DNA from: Deltaproteobacteria bacterium
Lineage (GTDB): Bacteria; Desulfobacterota; Desulfuromonadia; Geobacterales; Pseudopelobacteraceae
Assembly: GCA_021850095.1 (NCBI GenBank)
Contig: JAJZRX010000009.1
Span: 26-64,025 of the forward strand
DNA: 64,000 bases
Direction: 5' to 3'
Below the pieces are notes generated by a model that saw only the letters and a program-made list of their open reading frames with translations, made no database searches and had not been told where the DNA came from. Made by a program: the position numbers and the translations under genes. The first letter of the stretch is position 1. Each line of letters starts with the position of its first letter. Shown here piece by piece: positions 25,539 to 35,393 of this stretch.

Positions 25539-26192
25539 TCAGTGCCCGGAGTGGTTCGTCTGTTTATGATGTTTGGGCTGCTTTTTGCTCTCACCCTGCT
25601 CTGCATGTTCAGCATGCGCGCCTTTGCCGGCTGCCAGCTGATGAAGCCGCTCGACATAATGGGTGAATTCGACATAGGCCTCCACAAACTCCCGTCCCTG
25701 GGCGACACTTTCATCCTTGTGCGTGTAGGCTGCCGCCGCATGCTCGTAACGTTTTCTGATCCCGGCCGCAACGTCGTCGCTGATCAGTTTGACCAGGGCA
25801 TCGGCAGAGCCGCTCGCCAGGGCCTTGTCCGCTTCGGCCACGGCCGGTTCAACTGCCCCGGCCGGCTTGAGTCCGGTATAGGGTGCTCCTTCGCCGGCAC
25901 GGTGGATTTTGACCAGAGTCCCGAAGAATGCCGTTTCAGCCGCTTCGCGGTTCTTTGCGCCGCTGGCAAGCGCTTTCTGGAATGCGGCCCGAACGGCTTT
26001 TTCATCCTTCGCCTTCACCCATTTGAGAACCGGGGTGACCTCCCTGGCCTGGATGGCCTTTCTGGCGTCCTGAACCACCGGGCCGTCCAGGGTGTCGCAA
26101 TGCGCGGCAGCATCCTGATACGTGGCGAGCAGCAGCGCCGCACATGCCGATATTCCCAACAGGCTCGTTTTCAAAAGGTTCGCAGGTTTCAT
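25539..26192 (-). CDS. Secreted helical protein with a His-rich C-terminal tail (unknown function)
   Basis: Signal peptide MKPANLLKTSLLGISACAALLLA. Tail HAEHAEQGESKKQPKHHKQTNHSGH. AAGGAGA lies 7 nt upstream of the ATG. Confidence 0.55.
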   Translation of the reverse strand: MKPANLLKTSLLGISACAALLLATYQDAAAHCDTLDGPVVQDARKAIQAREVTPVLKWVKAKDEKAVRAAFQKALASGAKNREAAETAFFGTLVKIHRAGEGAPYTGLKPAGAVEPAVAEADKALASGSADALVKLISDDVAAGIRKRYEHAAAAYTHKDESVAQGREFVEAYVEFTHYVERLHQLAAGKGAHAEHAEQGESKKQPKHHKQTNHSGH

Positions 26193-26480
26193 GGTCAGGT
26201 CTCCTTTTCTGATTGATGAAATGTACGATTACTTAATTTTTATGAATAGTTGCATAAAATTATCATAGATAATTTGACTTATATCAAAATCAGGCAGTAT
26301 CTTTAAATGCACCGATCTAAAGGTCAATTGTCGGTTCATCGTCAGGATGATGCGTCCGCATCCGGTTCATTGACTGCCCCGAAACAGACAATGTTCTCAA
26401 TGAGTACCTGTCTCAAAGAATAGCTTGACCAAATGACGTGCTTGATAATACGATAATTTCATTTTTAACCAGGTACATTC

Positions 26481-26831
26481 ATGAACCTTTTTCGACCCGC
26501 ATCCAGATTTTCGGCTCTGTTGCTGCTCGTGTTGACCGTACACGTTGTTGCGTACAGCCTTCTTCTACCAAAACATGAACTGATCTCGCTCCAGAAACAG
26601 ACCGTCAGCACAGCTTCTCTCACCACCGATAACGAAAGCGATGGGGAAGCGCGCCTGGGCGATTTCAAGCCGCCCAAGCACTCGTTCATCGATTATTCGA
26701 CCTTTTTTGCTCCCAACAACTTTCCTCCCATCTACAACCCGGTTGTTTCCAGGTTGCTGCCCCACGAGCCATTCCGGGCTCTCCAGAAAGTTTATCTTGA
26801 AATATGTGTTCCTCCGGACAGCCTCGCCTGA
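26481..26831 (+). CDS. Hypothetical small protein with an N-terminal TM segment
   Basis: ORF only. No SD sequence and no recognisable family. Confidence 0.25.
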   Translation: MNLFRPASRFSALLLLVLTVHVVAYSLLLPKHELISLQKQTVSTASLTTDNESDGEARLGDFKPPKHSFIDYSTFFAPNNFPPIYNPVVSRLLPHEPFRALQKVYLEICVPPDSLA

Positions 26832-27082
26832 TTTCACCCCGGTCTGCCAATATAACTCGCTGATGCCCCATGAAGGTCTCTTCCGCTTCATGTTGCTGAC
26901 GCCGTCTTGATCCGGTTTAGATGGACGTGATTCCTGTCTGCCAAGCCGGCCGTAATCGGCCATGATCAGGCAACCCGGGCCAGGAACCGGCGGGTTGAGT
27001 TTGTAATCGTACAATAGAAAGACGGGGACGGGAGTTCCGAATCTCCCATCCCCATAAAAACGACAACAGAGGAGCCAGCATT

Positions 27083-27616
27083 ATGAAAAGTATTTCTGCA
27101 GATGTATCCGCCACTCCGGACAGAACCCTGGTCGGCATTCTGACCGCCAGCCCCAATGACCTGCCGACCGTGGTCAAGGTGCGCGACACCCTGACCGAAC
27201 TGGGTATCAAAAGTGAAATCGTGGTCGCTTCGGCCCATCGGACGCCTGACAAGGTTTTAGCATATCTGGATCGCGCCCACCGGGAAGGGGTGCAGGTATT
27301 GATCGGTTGCGCCGGGGGTGCCGCCCACCTGGCCGGCGTGGTTGCCGGGCATACCCGCCTGCCGGTGATCGGCCTGCCCCTGGGCAACGGCCCCTTGACC
27401 GGCCTTGACAGCCTGCTCTCCACCGTTCAAATGCCGCCGGGGGTTCCGGTGGCCACCGTGGCCATCGACGGCGCCCGCAATGCCGCCATGCTGGCCGCCC
27501 GCATCCTGGCTTTGAAATACCCGGAAATTGACCGGGCTCTGGAAGAGGCTGCCAGGCGCGAGCGGGAACGCTACGACCTGAGCGCTGATGAGGCGCTGGC
27601 AAAACTTACAGCCTGA
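27083..27616 (+). CDS. purE: N5-carboxyaminoimidazole ribonucleotide mutase
   Basis: [10 protein letters not shown] and [14 protein letters not shown] motifs. Confidence 0.9.
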   Translation: MKSISADVSATPDRTLVGILTASPNDLPTVVKVRDTLTELGIKSEIVVASAHRTPDKVLAYLDRAHREGVQVLIGCAGGAAHLAGVVAGHTRLPVIGLPLGNGPLTGLDSLLSTVQMPPGVPVATVAIDGARNAAMLAARILALKYPEIDRALEEAARRERERYDLSADEALAKLTA

Positions 27617-27641
27617 TGTCAAAACAAGAGGAGTCTGCACA

Positions 27642-28274
27642 ATGAAAGACCTGGAACGTTTCATAACCGGTTTCCGCAGCTTTCAGAAAGATTATTTCGG
27701 CCCGGAGGGGGCGCAGTTTGAGCCGCTCAAGCAGGGGCAAAGCCCCAGGACCATGATCATCGGCTGTTCCGATTCGCGGGTTGATCCGGCCATTCTGACC
27801 AACTGTGCGCCGGGGGATATCTTTACCGTTCGCAACGTGGCCAATCTTGTTCCGCCTTACGAGGAAGACGGCGGCCGGCACGGCGTCAGCGCAGCGTTGG
27901 AATTTGCCGTCTGCCATCTGGGGGTGGAGCATATCATCGTGCTTGGCCATTCCCAGTGCGGCGGCATCAGAGCCCTGATGGCAGGCAGTTGCGGCTGCAA
28001 GGGTGATGGCTTCATCTCCAGCTGGATGTCTATCGCCGCGCCGGCCCGGCAGAAGGTGCTGGCGGAACTGCCGGACAAAGATGCCACGCTGCAGCAAAGG
28101 GCCGCCGAACAGGCGTCCATTCTGCTTTCCCTGGAGAACCTCCACTCCTTCCCTTGGATCGACCAGCGGGTAAAAGCCGGGAGTCTGTCGCTGCATGGCT
28201 GGTATTTTGACCTGCATGCCGGGGAACTGTCCGAATACCGGCAGGATTCCGGCCTGTTCCAGAAAGTAAACTGA
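27642..28274 (+). CDS. Beta-class carbonic anhydrase
   Basis: Zinc ligands CSDSR and GHSQCGG. AGAGGAG lies upstream of ATG 27642; the track start at 27588 overlaps purE. Confidence 0.85.
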   Translation: MKDLERFITGFRSFQKDYFGPEGAQFEPLKQGQSPRTMIIGCSDSRVDPAILTNCAPGDIFTVRNVANLVPPYEEDGGRHGVSAALEFAVCHLGVEHIIVLGHSQCGGIRALMAGSCGCKGDGFISSWMSIAAPARQKVLAELPDKDATLQQRAAEQASILLSLENLHSFPWIDQRVKAGSLSLHGWYFDLHAGELSEYRQDSGLFQKVN

Positions 28275-28332
28275 CCTGATTACAAATCTTCTGCACCAGT
28301 AACCAGCGATGTATTGAAGAGGAACCATAGAA

Positions 28333-29673
28333 ATGAATATTGAAAAGGGTATGGATAAAATTGTCAAAACCTTGAGGGTCATGATTACCGATCAGCCCGG
28401 CTACCTGGGGCGCCTGACTACTGCCATCGGCACTGAAGGAGGCAACATCGGTGATATTCGACTGATCAGTTCGGGACTGACCCATAATATCCGTGAGATA
28501 ACCGTTTACGTGGACAATGACAAGCATCTGGAGATGATCCTCAAAGCCGTTGCCACGGTGGAAGGGGTCATCATCGAAGAGGTGATCGACCGGGTGCAGA
28601 AAATACACGAGGGGGGCAAGATCGCCATGAAGAGCAGGGTGGAGATCAAGACCATTGGGGATGTGCGCAAGATCTACACCCCTGGCGTCGCCTCCATCTG
28701 CCGCCAGATCCAGCACAACCCCAGACTGGCTGATACCTATACCGCCATTGGCAACACGGTGGCGATTGTCACCAACGGCACTGCTATCCTTGGTCTGGGA
28801 GATATCGGCCCGGTGGCCGGCATGCCGGTCATGGAGGGTAAGGCGGTGCTGTTTGACCACCTGGTGGGAATCTCCGGGGTGCCGATTCTGCTGCGGAGCA
28901 AAAATATCGATCATATCGTCGACACGGTCTGGCATATGGCCCCCACCTTCGGGGCCATCAAGCTTGAGGATATCGCCGCCCCGGACTGTTTCGAGATTGA
29001 ACGGCGACTGGTGGATATGCTGGATATTCCGGTCATGCATGATGACCAGCACGGCACAGCAGTTGTGGTGCTGGCTTCACTTTTGAACGCCACCCGTTTC
29101 ACCGGTTCCAGAATACAAAACTCTGCCATCGGCATTATCGGTTTTGGCGCGGCCGGCACCGGAATTGCCAAGCTGCTGATGGCCTACGGCGTGAAAAAGA
29201 TCATTGGCACAGATCTGAATCAAGGTGCAAAGGAGATGTTGCAGGCTCTGGGGGGAGAAGCTACCGACCTGACAGGGGTTATGGAAAACTCTCAAATCGT
29301 CATCGCCACCACCGGCTGCCCGGGACTGATCAAATCCGAAATGGTAAAGGCCGGACAAGTTATTCTGGCGCTCTCCAATCCTGATGCTGAAATCAAACCA
29401 CAGGATGCAATGGCTGCCGGCGCTTCCTTTGCTGCCGACGGCAAGAGCATCAACAACGCCCTGGCCTTCCCCGGAATCTTCAGGGGCGCGCTGAATGCCG
29501 GGGCAAGGCAGATCAACAACCAGATGCTGATTGCCGCGGCCAGGGCTATTGCCAGCCATGCGGAAGAAGGAGAGCTGGTGCCGGGAATTCTCAATCCGAA
29601 GGTGCATCGTGCCGTGACCGATGCGGTGGAGCGGAGTGCGAGGGAGTCAGGGGTCAGCAAGCCGCAGGACTAG
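28333..29673 (+). CDS. NAD(P)-dependent malic enzyme with an N-terminal ACT domain
   Basis: ACT-like first ~80 aa, then [16 protein letters not shown] and [10 protein letters not shown] motifs. Confidence 0.85.
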   Translation: MNIEKGMDKIVKTLRVMITDQPGYLGRLTTAIGTEGGNIGDIRLISSGLTHNIREITVYVDNDKHLEMILKAVATVEGVIIEEVIDRVQKIHEGGKIAMKSRVEIKTIGDVRKIYTPGVASICRQIQHNPRLADTYTAIGNTVAIVTNGTAILGLGDIGPVAGMPVMEGKAVLFDHLVGISGVPILLRSKNIDHIVDTVWHMAPTFGAIKLEDIAAPDCFEIERRLVDMLDIPVMHDDQHGTAVVVLASLLNATRFTGSRIQNSAIGIIGFGAAGTGIAKLLMAYGVKKIIGTDLNQGAKEMLQALGGEATDLTGVMENSQIVIATTGCPGLIKSEMVKAGQVILALSNPDAEIKPQDAMAAGASFAADGKSINNALAFPGIFRGALNAGARQINNQMLIAAARAIASHAEEGELVPGILNPKVHRAVTDAVERSARESGVSKPQD

Positions 29674-29859
29674 AATCCGGCAGAGCCATTCGTTCAATAC
29701 AGCCATAAGCCTTGTTATTTCAGTCATCCTGCGTCATTTTTTGGCCATGATCACATTTTCGGGCTGGTGAAAATTCCTGATGAAACCAAATGGTGAACAG
29801 TTTATTATGGTCTGGTACAGTACCGTTCAGGCAGAATATTATCAACAGAAGGGTGGCGA

Positions 29860-30300
29860 ATGAACTATCAGATCGGTAAACCGGGCAGAATCGTGGTGGT
29901 GCGCTTCAGTGACGGGGAAGACGTGTTTGACGGATTGGCCCGGATATGTCGCACGGAAAACATCCGGGCGGCTTGTTTCAATATTGTGGGCGGCATGAAG
30001 GGGGGCCGCTTTGTGGTTGGTCCGCAGACCGAAGAGATGCCGCCGGTTCCGGTCTGGCGCGAACTACAGGAAAGCCACGAAGCGCTTGGCTTTGGCACCA
30101 TCTTCTGGGATCAGGATCAGCCGAAAGTCCATTTTCACGGGGCCTATGGCAAGGGAGATTCCGTAAAAGCGGGCTGCCTGCGTGAAAACAGCGAGGTTTT
30201 TCTGGTGCTTGAAGTGGTTATCACCGAAATCCTGGAGGTCGATATCATCCGCGAGCTTGACCCGGCCTCGGGTATGGTTCTGCTGAAAATGAACCGCTGA
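29860..30300 (+). CDS. PPC/DUF296-domain protein
   Basis: GRIVVVRFSDGEDV...HFHGAYG pattern typical of DUF296. Confidence 0.55.
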   Translation: MNYQIGKPGRIVVVRFSDGEDVFDGLARICRTENIRAACFNIVGGMKGGRFVVGPQTEEMPPVPVWRELQESHEALGFGTIFWDQDQPKVHFHGAYGKGDSVKAGCLRENSEVFLVLEVVITEILEVDIIRELDPASGMVLLKMNR

Positions 30301-30315
30301 GGATAAGGACACTGT

Positions 30316-30705
30316 ATGCTGACCTGCGAGCAATCACCTCCCGGCCAATTTCTACTGGCCATCCGCCAGTTCAATAACCGCCAATGGTTCGAGTGTCATG
30401 AAACCATCGAGGAACTGTGGATCGGGCAGGAGGGCGAGATGCGCGATTTTCTGCAGGGAACCCTGCAGATCGCGGTGGCCCTGCATCACTGGCGCAACGG
30501 CAACCATGGCGGTGCCGTCAGTCTGCTGGCTTCCGGGGTACGCTATCTGGAACGGGTAGCGGCGGTCTGTTTATGGGTGGATGTGGCGGCTCTGATTGCG
30601 GATGCGAACCGGATGCGCGCAGCTCTTGAGCTGCTTGACAAACAGAGTATGGCCGCCCTTGACCAGTCAAATATTCCGCTCATCAGGACGGTATCACACC
30701 CGTAA
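30316..30705 (+). CDS. DUF309-domain protein
   Basis: FNNRQWFECHETIEELW signature. Confidence 0.6.
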   Translation: MLTCEQSPPGQFLLAIRQFNNRQWFECHETIEELWIGQEGEMRDFLQGTLQIAVALHHWRNGNHGGAVSLLASGVRYLERVAAVCLWVDVAALIADANRMRAALELLDKQSMAALDQSNIPLIRTVSHP

Positions 30706-30729
30706 GACTCACGAGTGCAGAGGAGGTTT

Positions 30730-31287
30730 ATGATGATCACGCGAAGATTGTTGATGATTGGCGGCTTGTTCATCCTGCTGGTCGCCTGCAGCAGTCAGGG
30801 GACGACTCCGTCGGCAACCGCGACAGCCAGCGCGTCCAGGCAGGCTCCGGCAGGGCCGCTGAAGCTTTTTTCCGTACAAAAAGGGGGGTATTTCATGAGC
30901 GAAAAGGTCGTCAAAACTGAAGCCGAATGGCGCAGACAACTGACCCCGGAGCAGTATCACGTCACCCGCCAGAAAGGCACCGAAGCTCCTTTCAGCGGCG
31001 CAACCCATAACAATCACGAAAAAGGAACCTATCAGTGCGTCTGTTGCGGTAATGATCTGTTCAGTTCGGAACACAAGTTTGATTCCGGCACCGGCTGGCC
31101 AAGTTTCTGGCAGCCGATCGCCCCCGAAAACATCACCCTGCAGTCCGATAACAGCTTGTTCATGAAGCGGACCGAAGTGCTCTGCAGCCGCTGTGACGCC
31201 CATCTGGGGCATGTGTTTGATGACGGGCCCAAGCCGACCGGTTTGCGCTACTGCATGAATTCGGCCGCCATGAATTTTGTAAAATAA
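30730..31287 (+). CDS. msrB: Peptide-methionine (R)-S-oxide reductase, lipoprotein form
   Basis: Lipobox LLVAC, zinc CxxC pairs (CVCCG, CSRCD), and catalytic RYCMNS. GGAGG precedes the ATG-ATG at 30730/30733. Confidence 0.9.
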   Translation: MMITRRLLMIGGLFILLVACSSQGTTPSATATASASRQAPAGPLKLFSVQKGGYFMSEKVVKTEAEWRRQLTPEQYHVTRQKGTEAPFSGATHNNHEKGTYQCVCCGNDLFSSEHKFDSGTGWPSFWQPIAPENITLQSDNSLFMKRTEVLCSRCDAHLGHVFDDGPKPTGLRYCMNSAAMNFVK

Positions 31288-31320
31288 TCCCTTATTCTAT
31301 AGCGGGTGTGCCATTCTTCT

Positions 31321-31349
31321 TTGACAAGTGAAAAAAGACATCATATAGT
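31321..31349 (+). promoter_or_regulatory. Near-consensus sigma70-type promoter
   Basis: TTGACA (31321-31326), a 17-nt spacer, then TATAGT (31344-31349), about 50 nt upstream of ATG 31402. Confidence 0.5.
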
Positions 31350-31401
31350 GTGCCGTGTTTGAAGATTTATAACAATTTTTTATATTTTACGGGGGATCAG
31401 C

Positions 31402-31632
31402 ATGTCGATAGCGCAACAGTGCAAGTTTTACGGGCATTTCATAACCGTTGAAAAGGCGCTGGCAATCAGGGACGCCGCGTCGGCCAACGAGAGAAACTCG
31501 TTGAATTTTGAATGTATTACCTGTGGAAAACCGGTTCGGCCGCACCATGCCGGTGACCGCTGCGCAGCCCATTTCGTTCACCTGACCCGCAATCCTGAAT
31601 GCAAATATATTGATCCACCCAGTTTTCTTTAG
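31402..31632 (+). CDS. Small Cys/His-rich (zinc-ribbon-like) hypothetical protein
   Basis: CITCGKPV...HFVHLTRNPEC. Has its own promoter-like element and a GGGGGA SD. Confidence 0.45.
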   Translation: MSIAQQCKFYGHFITVEKALAIRDAASANERNSLNFECITCGKPVRPHHAGDRCAAHFVHLTRNPECKYIDPPSFL

Positions 31633-31666
31633 AGCGGATAAAGCTGCACATAGTTGTCAAAGCCTG

Positions 31667-31702
31667 CAAAGGGGCCGGATTGTTGTCGATCCGGCCCCTT
31701 TG
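31667..31702. terminator. 14-bp hairpin between convergent genes
   Basis: CAAAGGGGCCGGAT / ATCCGGCCCCTTTG with an 8-nt loop. The T-runs are weak. Confidence 0.5.
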
Positions 31703-31734
31703 CGTCTGTTTATGCTTGAAATGTGATGAGTGTT

Positions 31735-32454
31735 TCAGGAAGGGTTTTGGGAGACATAGGCCGTGCTGCGCTGCTCGGCAAAGGTCAGGTGTGCCATCAT
31801 GGAATTCCGGGCGGCCTCGGCATTCTTGTCGCGAATCGCCTCGAAGATGGTCAGATGATGCTGGTAGAGCAGGTGATGATCTTCACTGGTCAGATAGACC
31901 GCCCGCCAGACCCCCTGCTGGAATTCCTTCATTGCATCAAACAGGCTCTGCATCAGGTGCAGCCAGACGATATTATGGGTGGCGCGGGCGATCAGGATGT
32001 GAAGATTGGCGTCCAGGTCCTCGGAAGGCTGCAGCCCGTCCAGGTTGCGCTGCATGGCGAGCACGATCTCCTCCATGCGGCGGATATCTTCCGGCAGTGC
32101 ACGCTGGGCAGCATAGTAAGCGGTCCAGGACTCCATGCATTTACGCACCTCGATTACGTCCAGCGCCCGGTCCTGCTGGAGGCGAATCAACTCGCTGAGC
32201 GGGTTGGATGAGCTGCTTTCCACCAGCGACATGACCACCGTGCCGCCCCCCTGGTAGGACATCACCAAGCCTGATGATGACAACAGATTGAGCGCCTCTC
32301 GTACTGATGGGCGCGAAACACCGAACATTTCAGCCAGTTCGCGTTCCGGCGGCAGTTTGTCTCCGGGTGAGAATTCGCCGGCCAGGATCGAGGTCCGGAT
32401 CTGATCGGCGATCTGGCTGGAAACTTTTTTAGGTTTTATCGGCTGGAATTTCAT
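31735..32454 (-). CDS. GntR/FadR-family transcriptional regulator (LldR/PdhR-like)
   Basis: wHTH PGDKLPPERELAEMFGVSRPSVREAL plus an FCD-type C-terminal domain. Start at MKFQPIKPKK. Confidence 0.8.
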   Translation of the reverse strand: MKFQPIKPKKVSSQIADQIRTSILAGEFSPGDKLPPERELAEMFGVSRPSVREALNLLSSSGLVMSYQGGGTVVMSLVESSSSNPLSELIRLQQDRALDVIEVRKCMESWTAYYAAQRALPEDIRRMEEIVLAMQRNLDGLQPSEDLDANLHILIARATHNIVWLHLMQSLFDAMKEFQQGVWRAVYLTSEDHHLLYQHHLTIFEAIRDKNAEAARNSMMAHLTFAEQRSTAYVSQNPS

Positions 32455-32533
32455 AAGTATCCAATCAAAAAGGGGTGTCCCAATTGAGCACCCCTTGTAT
32501 CTACTATATCTGCCGGCAGTTTGCAACCAGCTG

Positions 32534-33784
32534 TCACGCGTCCATGCTCCTGGCCAGCACCTCGGTCAGGTGCATGATCCTGACCTGCGGCAGATGATCT
32601 CCCAAACCTTTTTTAAGCTGCAGCAGGCAGCCGGGGTTACCGGTTACCAGCAACTCCGCACCGCTGGCGCGGATCGTTTCCAGCTTGCGCTTCAGGATGC
32701 GGTCGGACATCTCCGGCCGTTCGATATTGTAGGTCCCGGCGCTACCGCAGCAGGCATCGGCCGCCTCCAGTTCGCGATAGTCGAGGCCGGGCACCAGTTT
32801 GAGCAGTTCGCGCGGTTCCCGACGGATTCCCTGGCAGTGGGCGATGTGGCAGGGATCGTGGTAGGTCGCTTTCAGGGGCAGCGGTCTCAGCTTGGCGCGC
32901 AATTCGTCGGCATGCAGCGCCAGAACCTGGGAAATGTCCCGGACCTTGGAGCTGAACAATTCAGCGGATTCGTTATCTTCCAGGTGATGGCCGTATTTCT
33001 TCAGCTCGGCCCCGCAGCCGCCGCAATCGGTGACAATGAAATCCACCTTGTAGCCGGCAAAAATATCGATGTTGGTCTGGGCAGCCTCTTTCAAGCCGGC
33101 CAGGTCGCCCCCCAGCATGTTGGGGGCCCCGCAGCAGACCTGGTTTTTGGGGGTGATGACCTTGTAGCCCAACGAAGAAAGCAGCTTGATCGTGGCGCGG
33201 CTGGCGTCGGAGAAAATCAGGCTCATCACGCAGCCCAGAAAAAAGCCGACCGTTCCGCGCTCCTGGCCCATCGCCGGTGTCACTTCCTGGATCTCCTGAC
33301 GCAGCGGACGGGCTGGCAGGTCCGGCAGAAGGCCCTCCATCCGCTCCAGCGGCTTCGGGAACATCTTCAGGATGCCCAGTCTTCTGACCAGCTTCTGCAG
33401 GCCGGTTCTCTGGTACATTCGCATCGGAACCATCGAAGTTTCCAAGCGGTCGGGATGCGGCACCAGTTTGTGCAGGATCAGATTCTCCAGATAGCCCAGG
33501 CCGCTTTCCGCTTTCCGCTCGCAGGTGAATTCGGCCACCAGTTCACCGGCATTGACCCCGCAGGGACAGGCCGAAGCACAGGCCTGGCAGTCCAGGCAGA
33601 GCGAAAGGTACTCCAGCAGCTGATCGGACTGATCCAGCTGGCCTTCCTGCAGCTTGCGCACCAGCGCAACCCGTCCGCGGGGCGATGCGGTTTCCAGGAA
33701 AGTCTCCTTGTAGGTCGGACAGGCCGGCAGGCACATCCCGCAGCGCATGCAATTTATCAGTTTGACGTAGTCCATGATTGTCAC
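32534..33784 (-). CDS. glcF: GlcF-like Fe-S subunit (two 4Fe-4S motifs plus two CCG domains)
   Basis: CMRCGMCLPACP, CLDCQACASACP, then CCGAP and CCGSAG. Confidence 0.8.
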   Translation of the reverse strand: MTIMDYVKLINCMRCGMCLPACPTYKETFLETASPRGRVALVRKLQEGQLDQSDQLLEYLSLCLDCQACASACPCGVNAGELVAEFTCERKAESGLGYLENLILHKLVPHPDRLETSMVPMRMYQRTGLQKLVRRLGILKMFPKPLERMEGLLPDLPARPLRQEIQEVTPAMGQERGTVGFFLGCVMSLIFSDASRATIKLLSSLGYKVITPKNQVCCGAPNMLGGDLAGLKEAAQTNIDIFAGYKVDFIVTDCGGCGAELKKYGHHLEDNESAELFSSKVRDISQVLALHADELRAKLRPLPLKATYHDPCHIAHCQGIRREPRELLKLVPGLDYRELEAADACCGSAGTYNIERPEMSDRILKRKLETIRASGAELLVTGNPGCLLQLKKGLGDHLPQVRIMHLTEVLARSMDA

Positions 33785-33795
33785 CGTAATTTTGA

Positions 33796-33906
33796 AACAC
33801 AGAGCAACAGAGCAACAGAGTGAAATCTATAAAATAGAAACGAGATATTATTCGAATCTTAAAAAATGTTTGTTTGATGTTTTCAGTTGCTCAGTTGCTC
33901 TGTGTT
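33796..33906. repeat. Long imperfect inverted repeat in the glcD-glcF spacer
   Basis: Arms 33796-33819 and 33883-33906 are complementary at 22/24 positions. Each arm carries tandem GAGCAAC units. The spacer is 63 nt and AT-rich. Confidence 0.8.
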
Positions 33907-33916
33907 ATTGAGAGGG

Positions 33917-35287
33917 TTAAAAGATCTTGCCCGGATTCAGGATGCCCTTCGGATCGAAGGCCTGCTTGATGCCGCGCATGATCCGGATTCCCGATTCACC
34001 GACCAGCTTGGGCAGGTACTTTTTCTTGGCCAGCCCGACACCATGCTCGCCGGTAATGGTTCCGCCCATGGCGATGGCGGCGTCGAAGATCTCGGCGAAG
34101 GCGGCGTGGGCCCGTTTGATTTCGTCCTGGTCGCGTTCGTCGGTCAGGCAGGTGGGATGCAGGTTGCCGTCGCCGGCATGACCGAAGGTGCCAATGGTGA
34201 CGTTGTACTTTTTGGCCGAATCCTGGATGACCTTCAGCATGGCGGCAATGCAGCTGCGCGGCACGGTGGCATCCTCCAGAATCGTGGTCGGTTTGAGTCG
34301 GGCCAGCGCCGAAAGGGCGGTGCGGCGGGCCGCCGCCAGCTTGAGGGCTTCGTCGGCATCCTTGGCGGTCTGGAAGAAGGAACAGCGGTGCTTCTTGCAG
34401 ATTTCGGCCACTGCGGCGGCCTCTTCGGCAATCACGACCGGATGGCCGTCGACCTCGATCAACAACACCGCGTCCACGTCCAGTGGCAAGCCGACATGGG
34501 CGTAATCCTCGACGCACTTTATCGTGACCTTGTCGAGAAACTCCAGCGTGGCCGGGATGACCTTGGCGGCGATGATGGCCGAAACCGCCAGGGCGGCGTC
34601 CTGCAGCGCCGGGAAGTGGGCCAGCATGGTGATCTTGCCCTGCGGCTTGGGAATCAGTTTGACGGTGATGCCGGTAAAAAATCCCAGAGTGCCTTCCGAT
34701 GAAACCAGCAGCGGGTTGAGGCTGTAGCCGGCCACATCCTTGACGACCTTGCCGCCGGTGCACAGCAGTTCACCGTCGGCCAGAACCGTTTCCAGGCCCA
34801 TGACGTAATCGGCGGTGACCCCGTACTTCAGGCCGCGCAGGCCGCCGGAATTCTCGGCCACATTGCCGCCCATGGTGGAGATGTTCATGCTGCCCGGATC
34901 GGGTGGATAGAACAGGCCGCGCGATTCAACCTCGCGGTGCAGCGCACTGGTGATCAGCCCCGGCTCCACCGTGGCGGTCAGGTTTTCTTCGTCGATTTCC
35001 AGCAGCCGGTTCAGACGGCTGGTCTGGACCACGACACCGCCGGCGGACAGTGAGCCGCCCGACAGGTTGGTGCCGGAACCGCGCGGCGTGACCGTTACGC
35101 CGGCCCCGTGGCAGAGGCGCATGATCTGCGCAACCTGATCGGACGTGCCGGGCAGCAGCACCGCACCGGGCAGACTCTCGATCTCCGGGGTCGAATCGTA
35201 GCCGTAGACCGCCAGCGATTCGCGATCGGTCAGGGTGTGTTGTACACCAACGATATTTTGCAGCTCTTTTATGAATGATGGTTCCAT
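33917..35287 (-). CDS. glcD: FAD-linked oxidase, GlcD / D-lactate dehydrogenase-like
   Basis: FAD_binding_4-type N-terminal domain (PRGSGTNLSGG) and C-terminal HGVG / DPKGILNPGK motifs. Confidence 0.85.
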   Translation of the reverse strand: MEPSFIKELQNIVGVQHTLTDRESLAVYGYDSTPEIESLPGAVLLPGTSDQVAQIMRLCHGAGVTVTPRGSGTNLSGGSLSAGGVVVQTSRLNRLLEIDEENLTATVEPGLITSALHREVESRGLFYPPDPGSMNISTMGGNVAENSGGLRGLKYGVTADYVMGLETVLADGELLCTGGKVVKDVAGYSLNPLLVSSEGTLGFFTGITVKLIPKPQGKITMLAHFPALQDAALAVSAIIAAKVIPATLEFLDKVTIKCVEDYAHVGLPLDVDAVLLIEVDGHPVVIAEEAAAVAEICKKHRCSFFQTAKDADEALKLAAARRTALSALARLKPTTILEDATVPRSCIAAMLKVIQDSAKKYNVTIGTFGHAGDGNLHPTCLTDERDQDEIKRAHAAFAEIFDAAIAMGGTITGEHGVGLAKKKYLPKLVGESGIRIMRGIKQAFDPKGILNPGKIF

Positions 35288-35318
35288 AGTGTAGCTCCGT
35301 TCAGGTTTGTGTGGCGTT

Positions 35319-35377
35319 GTAGGGGCAACCCCATGTGGTTGCCCTGAACATGGGCGGCCACATGGGGCCGCCCCTAC
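35319..35377. repeat. REP-like nested palindrome
   Basis: GTAGGGGCAACCCCATGTGGTTGCCC ... GGGCGGCCACATGGGGCCGCCCCTAC. The halves are mutually complementary (22/26), and each folds on its own with compensatory AA/TT versus GG/CC changes. Confidence 0.75.
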
Positions 35378-35393
35378 GCATGACTGTGTTCCA

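Noticed and set aside
25419-26216. A 265-aa plus-strand ORF overlapping the 25539-26192 minus-strand gene.
   Set aside because: The minus-strand ORF has an SD, a signal peptide and a coherent helical sequence. The plus-strand translation is Arg/Gly/Phe-rich with no features.
26900-27082. A riboswitch (ZTP/purine-type) in the long leader of purE.
   Set aside because: Hairpins are present (for example GGGGACGGGAG...CTCCCATCCCC), but I could not find the conserved ZTP pseudoknot strings or purine-riboswitch loops. It should be rechecked with Rfam/Infernal.
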